Assembly (NCBI RefSeq): GCF_009914755.1
Contig: NC_060927.1
Origin: the human T2T-CHM13v2.0 reference genome, Homo sapiens
Direction: 5' to 3' (one strand)
DNA: 64,000 nucleotides
Part shown: positions 59,269-64,000 of the stretch, piece after piece
Position numbering within the stretch: the first letter of the stretch is position 1
How the letters are laid out: every line of letters starts with the position of its first letter
Position numbers and translations under genes: made by a program
Notes under the pieces: model-generated
Databases searched by the model: none
Told to the model about the DNA's origin: nothing
Seen by the model: the letters and a program-made list of their open reading frames with translations, nothing else

Positions 59269-59414
59269 ACATTTAAAAATTTTTAACACTTCTGGGTACA
59301 TGGTAGGTGTACACATTTATGGGGTACATGAGATATTTTGATAAAGGCATAAAATGTGTACTAATCACATCAGGATAAACAGGGCATCCATCACTTTCAA
59401 CATTTATCCTTTGT

Positions 59415-59736
<322 letters not shown>

Positions 59737-61020
59737 TTATGTTGAAACGATCTAATTAGACTCTTTTAGTTATTTTTAAATGCACGATTAAATTATTATT
59801 GACTATAGTCACCCTGTTGTGCTAGCAAATACTAGATACTGTTTACTCTTTTTAACTATTGTTTTTTACCCATTAATCATCTCCACCTCCTCCTCATCAC
59901 TCCACCATTCTTCCCAGCCTCTAGTAACCATTATACTCTCTATCTCCATGAATTTAACTTTTAACAACATAGATGGAACTGGAGGTCATTATGCGTGAAA
60001 TTAGCTATTTTTTGTACCCATTAAAAATCCCCACCTCCCCCGACATCTGGTAACTATCCTTCTACACTATATTCATGAATTCAGTTGTTTTGATTTTTAG
60101 GTTCCACAAATATGTGAGAATGTGCAATATTTGTCTTTCTGTGCTTAGCTTATTTGACTTATAATGACCTCCAGTACCATCCATGTTGCTGTAAATGACA
60201 GGATCTCATTCTTTTTATGGCTGAATAATACTCCACTCTGTATATATACCACAATTTAAAAAATCTATTCATCTGTTGATGGATACTTAGGTTGCTTCCA
60301 AATCTTGGCTATTGTGGATAGTGCTGAAGAAATCATGGGAGTGCAAATATCTCTTTGGTATACTTGATTTCCAGTCTTTTGGGTATATACCAAGCAGTGG
60401 AATTACTGCATCATAGGATAGCTCTATTTTTAGTTTTTCAAGGAATGTCTAAATTCCTCTCCATAGTTGTACTAATTTATATTCCCACCAACAGTGTTTG
60501 AGGGTTCCCTTTTTTCCATGTCCTTGTCAGCATTTGTTATTGCCTGACTTTTGGATAAGAGCCATTTTAGCTGTATTAAGATGATATATCATTGTAGTTT
60601 TTATTTGTATTTCTGGAATAATTAATGATGTTGAGCATCTTTTCATATACTTGTTTGCCATTTTATGTCTTCTTTTGAAAAATGTCTATTCAGATCTTTC
60701 ACCCATTTTTTAACTGGATTATTTGATTTTTTTCCTTTAGAGTTGTTTGATCTCCTTATATACTCTGGTTATTAATCCCTTCTCAGATGAGTAGTTTGCA
60801 AATATTTTCTCCCATTCTATGGGTTGTCTCTTCACTATGCTGATTGTTTCTTTTGCTATGCAGAAGCTTTTTAACTTGATGTGATCCCATTTGTTCATTT
60901 TTGCTTTGGTTGCCTATACTTATTGGGTATTACTCAAAAAACCTTTGCCCAGTCCAATGTCCTGAAGAGTTTCCCCTGTGGTTCATTTTAGTAGTTTTAT
61001 ATTTGATGTGTTTGATTTAA

Positions 61021-61349
<329 letters not shown>

Positions 61350-64000
61350 TGATTTTTGTCTATGGTAAGAGATATGGGTCTAGTTTCATTCTTCTGCATA
61401 TGGATATCCGGTTTCTTCAGCACTATTTAATAAAGAGATTCCCCCCCGCCCAAAGTACGCTCTTGGCATCTTAGTTGAAAATGAGTTCACTGTAGATGTA
61501 TGAATTTTTTTCTGGGCTCTGTTTTCTGTTCTATTGGTCTATGTGCTTGTTTTCATGCCAGTACCGTGCTGCTTTCATTACTGTAACCATCCAGTATTCT
61601 TTAAAGTCAGGTAATGTGATTCCTCCAGTTTTGTTATTTTTGCTGAGGATAGCTTTTGCTATTCTGGGCATTTTGTGGATCCATATAAATTGTAATTTTT
61701 TTTAATTTCTACAAAAAATGTCATTGGTATTTTGATAGAAATTGCATTATATCTGTAGATTGCTTTGGAAAGTATGGATATTTTAACAATATTTATTCTT
61801 CCTACCTGTAAACATGGAATACCTATCCATTTTTTTGTGTCCTCACTAATTTATTGCATTAATGTTTTGTAGTTTTCATTATACAAACCTTTCACTTCTT
61901 TGGTTAAGTTTACTCCTACATATTTTATTTCTAGCTATTGTAAATGGGATTGCTTTTTTGATTGTTTTTTCATATTCTTGGCTGTTAGCATATAGAAATG
62001 CTACTGATTTTTGTATGTTCATTTTGTATTCTGAAACTTTACTGACTTTGTTTATTACTTTTAGTTTTTTGGTATAGTCTTTTAGGTATGTTCAAAAATA
62101 AAATTATATCATCTGCAAAAAAAGGATAATGTGACTTTTTCCTTTCTAATCTGGATGCCCTTTATTTTTTTCTCTTGTCTGATTGCTCTAGCTAGGACTT
62201 CTAGTACAGTGTTGAATACTAGTGGTGAATGTGGGCATTTTTGTTGTGTTCCAGAGCTTAGAGAAAAAACTTTCATTTTTTTCTTCATTCAGTATGATAC
62301 TAGCTGTGGGTCTGTCATATATGGCTTTTATGGTATTGAGGTGTGATCCTTCTAGATCCAGTTTTTTGAGGGTTTTTTAAATCATAAAAGGGTGTTAAAT
62401 TTTATCAAATACTTTTTAGCATCAGTTGAAATTATCGTATGGTTTTGTCCTTCATGTTGTTGATATGATGTATCACATTGATTGATTTACATGTGTTGAA
62501 CCATCCCTGCATCCCTAGGACAAATCCCACTTAGTCATGATAAATGATCTTTTTAAAGTATTAGTGTATTCTGTTTGGTATTTTGTTGAGGATTTTTGCA
62601 ACAATGTTCATCATGAATATTGGCCTATTGTTTTCTGTTTCTGATGTGTCTTTGTCTAATTTTGGTATCAGAGTAATGTTGTCCTCACATAATGAATTTG
62701 GAAGTCTTCCCTCCTCCACTATTTTTCAAAATAGTTTGAGTAGAATTGGTATTGACTCTTTAAATGTTTGGTAAAATTCAGCAGTGAAGTCATCAGGTCC
62801 CAGTGTTTTTGCTGGGAGATTGTTTATTATGGCTTTGATCGCATTACTTATTATTGGTCTATTCAAGTTTTTAATTTATTCCTGGTTCAATCTTGGTAGG
62901 TTGTATGTGTCTAGGAACTTATCCACTTATTCTAAGTTTGTCAATTAATTGGTATATTGTTGCTCATAGTAGCCACTCATGATTCTTCGAATTTCAGTGG
63001 TATTGGTTGTAGTGTTTCCTTTTCATATCTGATTTTGAGTCTTCTCTATTTTTTAGTTAGTTTAGCTAAAGGTTTGTCAATTTTGTCTTTTCAAAATCTT
63101 TTGTATTATTTTCTTCATTTCAATGTATTTATGTTCTGATCTTTATTACTTCTTTTCTTCTACTAATTTTGGGTTTAGTTTGCTCTTGATTTTCTATTTC
63201 TTTAAGATGCATTGTTAGGTTGTTTATTTGAAGTTTTTCTTCTTGTTTGATGTAGGCATTTATAGCTAAAAGCTTCCCTTCTAGTACTGCTTTCCCTATA
63301 TCCGACAAGTTTTGGGATGTCATATTTCCATTATCATTTGTTTCAAGAAATCTTTCAATTCCATTCTTAATTTCTTCATTTACTCTGGTCATTCAGGAGC
63401 ACATTATTTAATTACCATGTGTTTTTACAGTTTCTGCAGTTCCTCTTTCCATTGATTTCAATTTTTATTCCATTGTGGTCAAAGAAGATTCTTGATATTA
63501 TTTAAATTACAAAAAATGTTTTAAGCTTGGTTTGTGACCCAACATGTGGTCTGTTCTTGAAAAAGATCGATGTGCTGGGGAGAAGAATGTGTATTCTCTA
63601 GCCATTGGATGAAATTTTCTCTAAATATATATTAGGTCCATTTGGTCTATAGTGCAGATTAAGTCTGATATTTCTTTGCGATTTTCTGTCAGGATCATCT
63701 GTTCAATGCTGAAATGAAGTCTCCAGCTATTGGGGTCTAACTCTCTTTTTAGCTTTAATAATATTTGCTTTATATATCTGGGTGTTCCAGTGTTGGGAGC
63801 ATATATATTTATAATTGTTACATCTTCTTCCTGAATTGACCCCCTTTATCATTATATAATGACCTTTATTCTTATGGTATTTTTTTCTTGGAATCATTTC
63901 ATCTGATATATGTATAGCTACTTCTCTTTTTTTAGCTTTATTGGGGTGGAATGTCTCTTCCATCCCTTTATTTAGTCCATTTACATTCAGTGTTATTATT

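Noticed and set aside
63129-63963. ORF2-like ORFs
   Set aside because: Broken L1MA remnants; not retrotransposition-competent.

Overview
This is AT-rich primate DNA, most likely human, because it carries a near-pristine AluYa5-lineage copy. It is non-coding and either intronic or intergenic. I cannot support any protein-coding gene, RNA gene, CpG island or CRISPR array. The ORFs I could assign are read-throughs of Alu, LTR or simple-repeat sequence or decayed L1 ORF2 remnants; the rest are short and unrecognisable. The window is a mosaic of about 16 Alus, two large antisense L1MA elements, THE1/MST/MLT/ERVL LTRs, a Tigger2 element, hAT MITEs, MIR/L2 relics and microsatellites. I see no evidence for a novel multi-gene system. 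The most notable observations are structural: an L1MA whose 5' UTR is fused directly to mid-ORF2, a duplication/inversion junction in the second L1MA, a tailless AluY, a short L1PA tail with no TSD, a young Ya5-like Alu, an Alu-in-Alu whose outer tail runs into about 870 bp of near-pure purine, and a 104-bp tandem duplication that doubles an AP-1 site. A few CpG-retaining unique segments are candidate enhancers or non-coding exons. Subfamily names come from recalled consensus sequences, not a database search, and boundaries of old repeats are approximate.
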